From the NCBI GenBank assembly GCA_051313645.2, contig JBNRSN020000005.1, positions 123,876,001-123,940,000 on the forward strand: a stretch of 64,000 nt of DNA, in the 5' to 3' direction. The translations under genes were made by a program, and so were the position numbers. This stretch comes from Centroscyllium fabricii (taxonomy: Eukaryota). Below the pieces are notes generated by a model. It had not been told where the DNA came from. It worked only from the letters and a program-made list of their open reading frames with translations, and ran no database searches. Of the stretch, positions 10,556 to 21,485 are shown in pieces (the stretch's first letter is position 1; each line of letters begins with the position of its first letter).

Positions 10556-10940
10556 GGTGGCACAGTGGTTAGCACTGTTGTCTCACAGCACTGGAGACCC
10601 GGGTTCAAATCCGGCCTCGGGTACTATCTGTGTGGAGTTTGCACATTCTCCCCGTGTCTGCGTGGGTTTCCTCCGGGTGCTCCGGTTTCCTCCCACAGTC
10701 CAAAGATGTGTGGGTTAGGTTGATTGGCCATGATAAATTGACCCTTAGTGTTAGGGGGATTAAATATGTGGGGTTACGGGGATAGGGTGGGATATGTGTT
10801 GATGCAGGCTCGATAGGAATCGAGGGATATGGGGAGAAGGCAGGGACAGGGTACTGAGTTTGGATGATCAGCCATGATCTCATTGAATGGCGGAGCAGGC
10901 TCGAAGGGCCGAATGTCCTACTCCTGCTCCTAGTTTCTAA
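10556..10940 (+). mobile_element. V-SINE (HE1-like) with long CR1 tail
   Basis: A box tggcacagtgg, B box ggttcaaatcc, V core, tail ggatgatcagccatgatc...ctactcctgctcctagtttcta. Confidence 0.9.
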
Positions 10941-11053
10941 TCTCTCCTGCTTTCTATCCTATCACTGACCTTCCCTTTTGTTCTTTTATCCCCTCCCCCT
11001 TTTCCCAGCCCTTAAACTTGCTTTAAAATCTATTCCATTTCCTGCTTTTTTCC

Positions 11054-11090
11054 AGTTCTGACGAAAGGTCTTCGACCTGAAAAGTTAACT
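11054..11090 (+). ncRNA. Minimal hammerhead ribozyme motif (family B)
   Basis: agtt-CTGACGA-a-AGGTC ttc GACCT-GAAA-agtt-aact; stem I agtt/aact; this copy has a C>A change in stem III; a sister copy lies on - at 9377-9413. Confidence 0.6.
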
Positions 11091-12148
11091 CTGTTTCTCT
11101 CTCCACCGATGCTGCCTGACCTGCTGAGTTTTTCCAGCATTTTCTGTTGTTATTTTGGATTTCCAGCATCCACAGTATTTTGCTATTATATCTTTCCTGA
11201 TGTTCGGTGCCCAAACCGTAACTCCAGTTGAGGTCTGACCAAAGCGCCGTACAACTAAAGCATAACTTTCTCACTTTTAAATTTCCAACCCCTTGAGATA
11301 AAGGCCAATATTCCATGATCGTTTTTGATTGCTTTTTGTACCTGTGTACTAGTTTTTAGTGATTTGTGTACCCATGGATCCCTTTGCTTATCCACAGCTC
11401 CTAGTCTCTCACCATTAAAAAAATATTCCGATGTCTTTCTCAGTTCCAAAGTGGATGATCTCACACTTCCCCACCTTGAACTCCATCTGCCATAGTTTCC
11501 CCACTCACTTAGCCTGTCTATGTTCCTTTTGCAACTTTCTGCTCCCATTAACACAACTTACTGTGCCGCTCAACTTAGTGTCATGTGCCAACTTAGATAA
11601 ACTCTATTCCTTCATCCAAGTTATTAATATATATGGTGAAAAGCTGAGGTCCCAGTACAGATCCCTGGGGAACACCACTTGTCATATCCCACCAATCAGA
11701 GTACAATCCCTATTTCCCTACTCTCTGTCTCCTATCTCCCAACCAATTACCGACCCATATCGCAAGGTTACCTCCAATTTTGTGCACTCTTATTTTTGCT
11801 TATAATCACTTGTGCACAGCCTTATTAATACCTTCTGGAAGTCCATATAGACAACATTCATAGACAATCCCCTATCCACCATGCCAGTGACCTCCTCAAA
11901 AAATTCAACTAGATTAGTCAGACATGACCTACCCGTCACAAAGGATCTTTGATCAACAGATGCTTGTCCAAGTGTTGTCACTCTGTCTCTGATAAGAAAT
12001 CCAGTAACTTTCACACATCTGATGTTAAACTGACAAGTCTGTAGTTACCTGGTGTCTCCTTCCTTTCCTTCTTAAATAATGAAGTAACATTTGCAATTTT
12101 CCAATCCAAAAACACAATTCCTGAATCTAGAGAGCTTTGGAAAATTAT

Positions 12149-12242
12149 AATGCGGAGGTGCCGGTGTTGGACTGGGGTGGACAAATGCAAAAAGTCACAC
12201 AACACCAGGTTTAAAGTCCAACGTTTTATTTTAAATCGCAAG
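12149..12242 (-). mobile_element. Truncated Penelope pseudo-LTR fragment (family A)
   Basis: Matches 1276-1369 in reverse; TSD gaaaattat on both sides. Confidence 0.8.
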
Positions 12243-13354
12243 AAAATTATGACTAATGCACCTGCAATTTCTTCACCCATTTCTTTTAATACCATGGAAT
12301 ACCATCAGGTCCTGGAGATTTGTCTATCTTAAGTCCCATTATTTCTCCATTACTTAAAAAAAAAAAAACTTATTCCCTCCCCTTGTCCCGCTGGTATTTT
12401 GTCCTCTTTCTCCATTGTGAAAACAGGTAGAAATGACTAATTTAACAAGTCTGCAATTTCCTTATTATTCATTACGGTCTCATCTGCATCTGTCTTTAAT
12501 GGGCCCACATTCCTCTTTACCACTCTCTATCTCTTAATATATTGGGGAAAAAAACTGTTAGTTTTGTTATCTCTTGCAAGTTTTTTTTCATTATTTTCTT
12601 TTTGCATCTCATTACATTCGTTGTATCCCTTTGTTGCCTTTTATAGCACTCCCAGTCCACTGGATTTCCAATTTTCCTTGCATTTGTGTAAACCTTTATT
12701 TCTAGCTTGATGCTGTCTCTTACCTCAATTGTTGACCATGGTTGCTTAACTACACAAGTGGAGCCTGTACCTTTATGCGATATGTACTGGTTTTGTATTG
12801 TACCAAATAATGCTTTAAATAATTCATCCATACTAAATGGTGTCGGAGCAATGGAGTCAATATATTCTTTTCACCTGCTGAGTATCTCCAGCATTTTCTG
12901 TTTTCATCTAGTCATTTTGTAGCATAAAAATTATTTCTGAAAGATATTTCAGCAGCACAAATAATATTTCATGAAAAGTCAAAGTCTCTGATATTAATAA
13001 AAAGGGATGAGCATGCAGCCTAGGAGCAGGGCCCAGTTCAGTTGGGCCAGCTTTCAGCCAAGCCCAAAGCTGGTCTGTTCACTCCTTGCATCTCAATGGC
13101 AGTAAATAAAACCTGGCTCTGTGCTAACAGATGTTGCCTACTAATATTTTCAAATGGTTATTGAAATAAGAAAAAAATAAGATAGCCCAGAAAAGAATTA
13201 AGTTAGAATGGTCCCACAATAACTGACTTTAGCTGAGCCAGAAATAACATCAGTGGCTCAGGAAAAATCAGCAAGTGTGTTGATTTTGGGTGAAGACAGC
13301 ATTGGACTCAGCTGTGATGCCTCCCAGTTGGAAGGTCTGATGATATTCACCATA

Positions 13355-13533
13355 TATTCAATATATTCAAGAAGGAATTAGATATATTTCTTAAAGCTAA
13401 AGGGATCAAGGGATATGGGGAGAAAACAGGTACAGGGTACTAAATTTGGATGATCAGCCATGATCTCATTAAATGGCGCAGCAGGCTCGAGGGGTCGAAT
13501 GGCCTCCTCCTGCTCCTATCTTCTATGTTTCTA
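13355..13533 (+). mobile_element. CR1 LINE 3' end
   Basis: atattcaagaaggaattagatatatttctt...cctgctcctatcttctatgtttcta. Confidence 0.85.
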
Positions 13534-13597
13534 TCTAGGTTGAACGTGAAGAATGACCAATTAGGCAAGATACCAATGAACTGCCAGCTCCATTACA

Positions 13598-14640
13598 GCA
13601 ACAACTTGCATTTATATAGTGCCTTCAACATAGTAAAGCATCACCAAGGTGAAAATGGACACTGGGCAGCAGCAGATGAGAGTTAGGGAACGTGAACAAA
13701 GGCAAGGTCGGAAAGGTAGGATCTGGCAAGGGTTTGGAAGGTGAGGAGAGAGGTAGGACAGTTGAGGGATTTTGGGGAGAAAGGTCTAGAGTGTTGAGCC
13801 AAGACAGTGAAGGCTCTGTCACTAGAATAGAGGAGAGCACACATTTGCACATAGAACTGCAGGTAGAGGTGGAGAGGCCAAGAATGATTGTAAATAAGGA
13901 CTGGGATCTTGAATTCAATGGGTTGGGGACAGAGAGCCAATTGAGGTTGGCAGGATGGGAATAGTCGTGGAGTGGGGCTCAGGGCAGGATCAGGTGGCAG
14001 AATTTTAGATGAGTTGGTATTTATGTAGGAAATGCTCAGCAGATCAAACAGAATTTGTGGAGAGAGAAACAGAGTTAACGTTTCAGGTCAATGACCTTTC
14101 GTCCTGAAACATTAACTCTAATTCTCTCTCCACAGATGCTGTCTGACCTGCTGAGCATTTCCAGCATTATCTGTTTTTATTTCAGATTTCCAGCATCCGC
14201 AGTATTTTGCTTTTGGAATTTATGTAGGGTGGAGCTTGGAATGTCATCAAGGAGAGTATTGGGGAAGTCAAGCCTGGAGGTGATGAAAGTATGGACGTGG
14301 GTTTAGTGGTAGGAGTGAGGTAAAAGCAGAGACAGAGGTGCAAATATGTGATCCTGGTAATGGATAAGATATTGATAGGGCTTGAAGTTCAGCTCAGGGT
14401 CAAACAGAAAAACAAGTTTGCACAGCTTCTGTGAGCAGCCAGGGAGGAAAAGGGCTATAGTGGGAGACAACAGGATAGTACTGGCCTTGCCAATGTTACG
14501 CTGGAGGAGATTCCACGACTTGATGTCAGACAAGCAGAATGGAGTCGAGGGTTGTGGCAGAGAGACAGAGCTGGATGTCATCAGCATACATATGAAAGCT
14601 TAGAACCATAGTCCAGAGTCAGTGCCCTTGGGAGATGTGA
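13598..14640 (-). mobile_element. Old L2 LINE fragment
   Basis: caacaacttgcatttatatagtgccttcaac L2 tail; degenerate LCPQPIEFKIPVLIY and FLFDPELNFKPY motifs. Confidence 0.7.
14030..14212. mobile_element. Penelope-derived fold-back (family B)
   Basis: Inverted arms turning at ~14090-14105 inside the hammerhead core; TSD ttgg(t/a)atttatgtagg at 14014-14029 / 14213-14228. Confidence 0.8.
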
Positions 14641-14780
14641 GGGAAAGAAAAATAATAAAAAAAACACTTTTTGTTAAATTCAAAGCGCTCCAAAAATTGA
14701 ACACAACGCAAGGAAAGGTCAGGAAATGGAGAGAGGGGAAGGATAAAGTATTTATGCTTTCACCCCAGCTCCACACTCAC

Positions 14781-14884
14781 CCTGCATAATAACCACTCAG
14801 TTATATGTTCATTCAGTTGATAGAATCCAATCCGTTATAATCTCCACTGGTGGGAACAGACTATTTGATTCACTGATTGAAGAG
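14781..14884 (-). pseudogene. Candidate exon, phase 2>1: SSISESNSLFPPVEIITDWILSTE*TYN*VVIMQ
   Basis: Acceptor ggctttcacccag, strong donor CAGG|gtgagt; 104 bp; two TGA. Confidence 0.45.
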
Positions 14885-15933
14885 CTGGGTGAAAGCCCGA
14901 ATAAAGAATGTGGTAGCGGGCGGCTCCCCTCACCTCACCTCATCATTTTACACGCTTTTTTAATGAAGTACCGAATCGTCGTGTCATTGCAAACTTTGTT
15001 ATTTTTACAAGTTTCGAATAACACTGAAGTTCTCCACGCTTTTCTTAATTGGCCTGAAGGCTGGCAGAGAATGGGGCCATTTAATGATCATGGAATGGAG
15101 TGAGAGGGAGGAGGGAAAAGGGAGAAAATAAAAGGACTTGTTATGTAAAGTTTAGTGATTCAGGAAAGGCCCCATATGTTGACTGCATTTGCTTTTTGAT
15201 TACCGTTTAATTAGTTTCTACAATTGATGGCACTGTTTCTCAAGGACATATATGTAGACGATTGTGCCATCTGCCTGTAACATGGCGCTCAAGAATTTCA
15301 ACTAGCTGCTTTATTTCTTCCTACAAGCAAGAAACCAGAAGCCGAGCCCCACCCTTCTGCTGTCGCCTTTATTGTTCGTCATCAAACTAAAAGTGGCGGG
15401 GTTTTGTGGGCCACAACTGCTGGACTATTCTATTTTGTAGCTGACATTGTTTGCTGTGCCTCCCACAGGCCACCAGACAAAATGCTTTTCAACCTTTGAA
15501 GACGGGTGTCGTGAAAATGCTTTCCGAACTGCCGGCTCTTAGCTCACGCTCGTCTCTCTGCTGGGGTAGTGGGCCCAACATCCAGGCTTGGACAGCTAGT
15601 CCTGAACTCTAGCTGTTCCAAAGGGTAAATAATAATAAAAAAGAGTCAAAGTGCTTTTGCTAACTTTATTCAGTTGTGAATTACTACTAAAGATAAATTG
15701 TTGTTTCAAAAAAACCTGAAAAAGAGTCTGAATAGATAAAACAGGTCAATTTAACAAAGCAAGGTGACTAAGATCTCTGGTTCCCATGCTTTGTTTTCCT
15801 GTTATAGTCTGATGTAAATGAGGTAGTCCCAAAGACAGTGCGGAAAATGGGGGGAACATGCTTTGGTTTAAATGTGTGTCTGTGCACCCATGCATCCATA
15901 CGGAACCTGCCTGCTGTTTAACTAATAAACGAG

Positions 15934-16178
15934 TGTGGCGGCACGCCCACTAAGACATCGAATCCGCCACGGGGACTCCGCGGAGCAAAGCACCGCTCAT
16001 CCGGGTGACGCGACGACGTCACCACGTCGGCCGACGCGATGACGTCACCAACCACGGGACTGTTTAAATACGATTGCTGCAAGTGGTTCACTCTCTTCCT
16101 TGTTTTGACTTAGTGTAATAAAGCTGTGTTTTCTCTAGCTCTGGCTCACGTGTGGTTCCTAGGCCTGCCGGCGCTACA
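15934..16178 (+). repeat. 5' LTR, element 1
   Basis: tgtggcggcac...gcgctaca with tttaaata and aataaa; repeated at 20138-20382. Confidence 0.97.
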
Positions 16179-16179
16179 G

Positions 16180-16191
16180 TGGTGACCCCGA
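16180..16191 (+). promoter_or_regulatory. Primer-binding site complementary to the tRNA-Trp 3' end
   Basis: tggtgaccccga 1 nt after the LTR; identical at 49545-49556. Confidence 0.85.
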
Positions 16192-16266
16192 ACTGGAACG
16201 ACTTCCAGAGAAGAAAAGCTGCCGCAGGATCTGGGACCACCAGCCAAAGACTTTTTGTTAGAAAAC

Positions 16267-19200
16267 ATGGTAAACCCAAGGAACCAAGCTCCACGAACGC
16301 AGGGAGCTGGACAGAACGCCGGACGTGGACTAACTCTACCCGAGTTCTGGGAGCAATGGCCAGTGGCCTGGTTTATGTGTATCGAGACCAGCTGCCGCAC
16401 ACATGGCATCCAAGGGGACGACCGCTACGACCTGGTGTTCTCAGTCCTACCACAGACGACGATTGATTGGATGTGGTCAAAAATACAGCGCGTGCCCGTC
16501 GCAGGCAGGTATGAAACGCTTAAGGCCGCGCTTATCAAAAAATTTACCCCCTCCCAATTCGAGCGCGACTGCCAGCTCCTCGACCTCCCCAAACTCGGGG
16601 ACGCAGACCCATCGGACCTCTTAGGTCAGATGCAAGCGCTCACACCCAACTCGGCAGCCCTCTTCCGCACCGTCTTCCTCCTTAAACTGCCCCGCGCCAT
16701 CAGACCGGCCTTGGCGGCCCTTGGCCATCGGAGCGATGACGAGCTCGGAGAGGAAGCCGACAGGCTCATGGAGGCCCAGTGCACCCGCTCAACCACGTGC
16801 GACCCTAACTCCGCATCGGTAGAGCGCAGCCAATCACCCCCCAGGCATAACTTTACGCCTGAACCTAGGGCCCCGCGCCCACCTAGACAACCGCGTCCCT
16901 CTAGCACCGGCTGGTGCTATTACCACACGCGGTTCGAACACAAAGCGCACCGCTGCGTCCAGCCATGCGCGTTCAAGCCACGGCCCAACCCAGCCCCCAC
17001 CATGTCTGTAGGCCACACAGGAGCACTGCTCTTTGCCACAAACAGCGGCACAGGCCTCAGGTTCCTCTGCGACACAGGCGCGCAGCACAGCATCGTGCCA
17101 GCCTCCCCTGCAGAAACCAAACGAGGTACCCGGGGCCCGCCACTAGCGGCAGCCAACGGCTCTAATATAAAAACGTACGGCACCCGCAAGTTAACTATTA
17201 CCCTTGCAAGCCACGCGTACACCTGGGATTTTGTAACGGCCCAGGTCACTTCACCCCTCCTCGGGGCAGACTTCCTCTGCGCCTACGGCCTACTGGTCGA
17301 TGTAACTTGGCGCCGCTTGGTAAATATAAATACCATGACGACCATCCCATGCTCCACAGGGCCCGCACTCCTGGCCCACGCGGCCGCCCAATGCCGCTCC
17401 AGGGACTCCGATGCCTACGGCACACTCCTGGCAGAGTTCCCCGCCCTTACCAACCCCACGTTCACCGCCCGCAAGGCCAAACACGGGGTAGAGCATTTTA
17501 TCACGACCACAGGCCCTCCCGTCCATGCCCAAGCCCGTAGGCTCGACCCGGCCAAGCAGGAGATCGCGCGCACCGAGTTCCGCACCATGGAGCAACTCGG
17601 TATAATCCGCCGCTCCAGCAGCCCCTGGTCCTCTCCGCTCCACATAGCCCCCAAGCCTGACGGAGGTTGGCGCCCCTGCGGCGACTACCGCCGCCTTAAC
17701 AACGCCACTACCCCGGATAGGTACCCCGTACCCCACATCCAGGATTTTTCCGCCAGATTAGCGGGTTGTACGATCTTTTCCAAGATCGACCTGGTGCGTG
17801 GCTACCACCAGGTTCCGGTGCACCCGGCGGACATTCCCAAAACGGCCGTCATTACCCCCTTCGGACTCTTCGAGTTCCTTAGGATGCCCTTCGGCCTTAA
17901 AAACGCGGCCCAGGCCTTCCAGCGCCTCATGGACTCGGTCCTACGGGACTTGAAGTTCATTTTCGTCTATTTAGACGACATCCTCGTGGCCAGCACCTCC
18001 CCCCAGGAACACCTCCTGCACCTCAGGACCCTGTTCGAACGCCTTACCGAACACGGCCTTATCTTAAGCCCCACCAAATGCAAATTCAGCCTCGAGACCA
18101 TTGACTTCCTCGGCCACCGCATTTCCCAAACAGGGGCCATACCCCTGCCCTCTAAGGTGCAGGCGGTACAAGAATTCCCCCGCCCGCACTCCATTAAGGG
18201 GCTGCAGGAATTCTTAGGCATGGTTAATTTTTATAACTGCTTTATCCCGGGAGCAGCCGCTCTCATGGCCCCCTGATACCAGGCCACCCGCGGGCAGTCC
18301 AATAAGGCTGCGGTCGAGTGGACGGCCGACGCCGCCACCGCCTTCACCGCAACTAAAACCGCCCTGGCAAACGCCACCCTCCTAGCCCACCCTAGGCCCA
18401 ACGCCAGAGTAGCCCTCACCACCGACGCCTCTGACCACGCAGTCGGGGCCGTATTTGAGCAGTGGACCGGCAACTCGTGGCAGCCCCTGGCCTTTTTCAG
18501 CCGGCAACTCCGACCCCCAGAGGTTAAATACAGCGCCTTTGATAGGGAGCTACTCGCTCTCCATCTGGCGGTGCGACATTTTCGTTTCCTCTTGGAGGGC
18601 CGCCACTTTACAGCCTTCAGCGACCACAAGCCACTCACGTTCACGATGGCTAAGGTCGCTGAACCCTGGTCGGCCAGGCAGCAGCGCCAACTCGCGGCCG
18701 TGTCGGAATTTACAACCGACATCCAGCACATTTCCGGCCGCGCCAACGTGGTCGCTGACTGCCTCTCACGCCCCACTATTAACGCCGCCCAAATGGCGGT
18801 CGATTACGCCCAGCTGGCCGCTGACCGGCTGGCCGACCCTGACCTACTCAACGCAGCAGCTAATCTCCCCGGCCTCCACTTGGCCAATATCGCGCACAGC
18901 CCCACTGCCACCGTCGTCTGCTGTGACGTATCCTTGCCGCAACCCAGGCAAGTCGTACCCCACGCTTGGAGGCGACACATATTTAGTACCCTTCATGACC
19001 TGTCCCACCCCGGCGCCCGCGCGTCCATTAAATTAATATCGGCCCGATTCGTATGGCGCGGCCTGCGCAAGGACGTTCGCGCCTGGGCCAGCTCCTGCAT
19101 AGCCTGCCAGCGCTCCAAAGTGCATAAGCACATCAGGGCACCGCTGGAAAATTTTAAAGTACCGGCCAGACGTTTTGACCATGTCCACATCGATCTCGTC

Positions 19201-20157
19201 GGGCCACTACCGCCATCCCGGGGCCACATGCACCTAATGACCATGGTCGACCGCAACACTCGCTGGCCAGAAGCAGTCCCCCTCACCGCCACCGGCACCA
19301 CGGACTTGGCCAGGGTGTTCATCGCCACCTGGGTCGCCCGCTTCGGCGTGCCCACAGACATCACCTCCGGCAGAGGACCCCAATTTACGTCGACATTATG
19401 GGCGGCCATCGCCCGTGACCTCGGGGTGACACTACAGCGAACCACCGCATACCACCCGCAGGCGAACGGCCTATGCGAACGGTTCCACCGCTCGATGAAG
19501 GCATCACTACGGGCCACGCTAAAAGATGCATCGTGGACCGACCGCCTTCCATGGGTCCTCCTCGGGCTGCGCTCGGCAGTCAAAGAAGACCTCAACGCCT
19601 CGGCAGCGGAGCTCGTCTACGGCCAAACTTTAACGGTGCCGGGCGAGTTCCTGGCTGAGCCCAACGCTCCCTGGTCAGCCGACCAGTATTTAAAAGATTT
19701 CGCCAACCCGGCACGAGCTTTCCAGCCACTACCAGTGGCCCGGCACGGAGAGCCAGCAGCTCGGGTACCTGACAACATTAAAAATGCGAAATTCGTGTTC
19801 GTCCGGCGCGACGGACACCGATCTCCACTACAGCCACCTTACGATGGCCCCTACAGAGTGCTTCGGGCGGGAGCTAAAGCTTTCGAGTTACAAATGGGCA
19901 ACAGGACTGACACTGTGACAATAGACCGGCTCAAGCCGGCACACGTGATAGCGGGTGAGACTACGGTCCCCGCACAACCACCACAACGTGGTCGCCCTCC
20001 CGCAACAAAGCCCACCCACACTCCACCGCAGAACCAGGAGCAACGAACAACACGGTCCGACCGCATCATCCGGCCGCCCCAACGGCACAACATAGACTCT
20101 GTCACTATTCCTCCCGGATGGATTCTGGGGGGAGCCGTGTGGCGGCACGCCCACTAA
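16267..20157 (+). pseudogene. Single-frame gag-pol (Gag CHCC, PR, RT, RNase H, IN) with one premature TGA at 18274-18276
   Basis: [18 protein letters not shown]; LCDTGAQ; FVYLDD; TDASD; HHCC zinc finger; IN HIDLVG..TSGRG (catalytic D>G)..CERFH; GPY motif. ORFs 16255-18276 and 18571-20157 share one frame. Confidence 0.93.
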
Positions 20158-20382
20158 GACATCGAATCCGCCACGGGGACTCCGCGGAGCAAAGCACCGC
20201 TCATCCGGGTGACGCGACGACGTCACCACGTCGGCCGACGCGATGACGTCACCAACCGCGGGACTGTTTAAATACGATTGCTGCGAGTGGTTCACTCTCT
20301 TCCTTGTTTTGACTTAGTGTAATAAAGCTGTGTTTTCTCTAGCTCTGGCTCACGTGTGGTTCCTAGGCCTGCCGGCGCTACA
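20138..20382 (+). repeat. 3' LTR, element 1
   Basis: 243/245 identical to the 5' LTR by eye. Confidence 0.97.
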
Positions 20383-20714
20383 CGAGCAATTTTAACGAGA
20401 GAAGGAGTCGGCTAAATTTTAGAGGCTGAAGCGGAGAAAAAAGAACGTTGCATACCAAACAACATCCCTGATTTTACGCCACCACAACCTGGCATTTTAA
20501 TGAACTTTATTTTTCAGAACAATTTGGTCAGTTATCTGTAAATCCATGATCGTGAAAATTTTTGTTTTATTTTTGCAGTGATTATTATCCTACTTTTTCT
20601 ATCCTATTTAGGTTCATTAAAGCAGCCCGTTTCATTTTGTCTCTTTACAAAACAGAACATGTTTGTCCTACTATTTTTTTTTTGGTTTCATCCCCCAGTG
20701 TCTAATTTTCGTCC

Positions 20715-21030
20715 CTCCTCTCTTGGCAGTGCTGAATCGTACCGGTCACCGGTACCTCACCCAAGTCACTATTCTTCACGTGTGAGTTGAGATGGTGTCA
20801 GCTGACTATTCGAACATGAGGGCCTGATCCTGCCCCCACCCAGCATCTTTTCACATGCACTTTCCAACAGCCATTACTGCATAGTGAGCAGAAGCAGGAA
20901 CGCTAGTTGATTCTTCCCCTCTGTAACCTAGGGGTACCGGTACTGACTATAGTGCCCCTCCAGCCACCTCAGCTAAAATCAGTTAGCTCAGCACTGGCCG
21001 GAGATCAAACCTTGATCTTCCTGACTGGGA
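20715..21030 (-). mobile_element. Diverged old SINE-like repeat
   Basis: Reverse similarity to 59705-60110 (ctattcttcacgtgtgag, cctgatcctgccccca, cagttagctcagcac). Confidence 0.55.
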
Positions 21031-21082
21031 GAGCAAAACGGGATTTTTCAAAGTGTCAGCTGTCAATATATAATACACTTAC

Positions 21083-21485
21083 TCAAGATGGTTGATTCTT
21101 GTACTGCACTCTGCCCTCTGCATACACTAAGTCTATCATGTTGGGGTGGGACAGTCCCATCCAAGGAATTGTCACTGTTATCAATGCTGCTTATTGGCTG
21201 ATCCACCAGGATGTGTGGGGGTGGACCTCCCAGCCAGTGCTCTCTGGCTCCCACTGACAGCTTAGCCTCAACTAACAAAACCTGTTCTCTCGAGGAAGTC
21301 TCAGTGTTAACAGCAGCAGATATGGGGATTGGAGTTCAGGTCTCTGAACTGGGAATTCTCTGTTCTTGCATTGGAATAACTCCTACCATTGGAATAACTC
21401 CTTGCACTGGAATAACTTCTTGCATTGGAATAACTCCTACCATTGGAATAACTCCTTGCATTGGAATAACTCCTACCATTGGCAA
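21083..21485 (-). pseudogene. Candidate exon, phase 0>1: LPMVGVIPMQGVIP...QEQRIPSSET*TPIPISAAV...QESTIL
   Basis: 134 codons with one TGA (21336-21338); consensus donor A|gtaagt; acceptor reads tttcctgctgg (AG>GG inferred). Confidence 0.45.
21366..21482. repeat. 18-bp tandem repeat, ~6.5 copies
   Basis: cattggaataactcct(ac/tg) units, largely alternating between two variants. Confidence 0.95.

Larger units (their letters stand above)
9316..11186. mobile_element. Penelope-like element with inverted pseudo-LTRs and GIY-YIG C-terminus
   Basis: Minus strand encodes PVACHFNSP..HSDLTVLGLLHCSTEAQRKLEEQHLIFRLGTLQPSGLNIEFNYF; 9316-9660 is inverted relative to 10430-11186; TSD tatatctttc(a/c)tgat at 9301-9315 / 11187-11201. 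Confidence 0.85.
8825..12830 (-). mobile_element. Degraded CR1 LINE (RT region and tail) interrupted by nested insertions
   Basis: Minus-strand ORF fragments GRSCLTNLVEFFEEVT..VDRG...VVYMDFQK, DWKIANVTSLFKK..KETPGNYRLVSLTS and QRNIDRLSEW-like; CR1 tail at 8825-8900. Confidence 0.9.
15934..20382 (+). mobile_element. Full-length Gypsy LTR retrotransposon (CsRn1-clade hallmarks), element 1
   Basis: 245-bp LTRs TG..CA differing at 2 positions; 4-bp TSD cgag (15930-15933 / 20383-20386); tRNA-Trp-type PBS; PPT ggggggag at ~20127. Confidence 0.97.

Noticed and set aside
16180-16191. tRNA-Trp gene; SINE heads as tRNA genes
   Set aside because: Only a 12-nt PBS; the SINE heads have A/B boxes but no full cloverleaf.
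18274-18276. Programmed readthrough stop in pol
   Set aside because: Element 3 has a Leu codon here and its own stop elsewhere, so these are independent nonsense mutations.
16088-20295. Antisense and alternative-frame ORFs within the Gypsy elements (also 41684-45119 and 49193-53694); env gene
   Set aside because: Shadow ORFs of GC-rich coding sequence with no motifs; there is no room for env between IN and the PPT.
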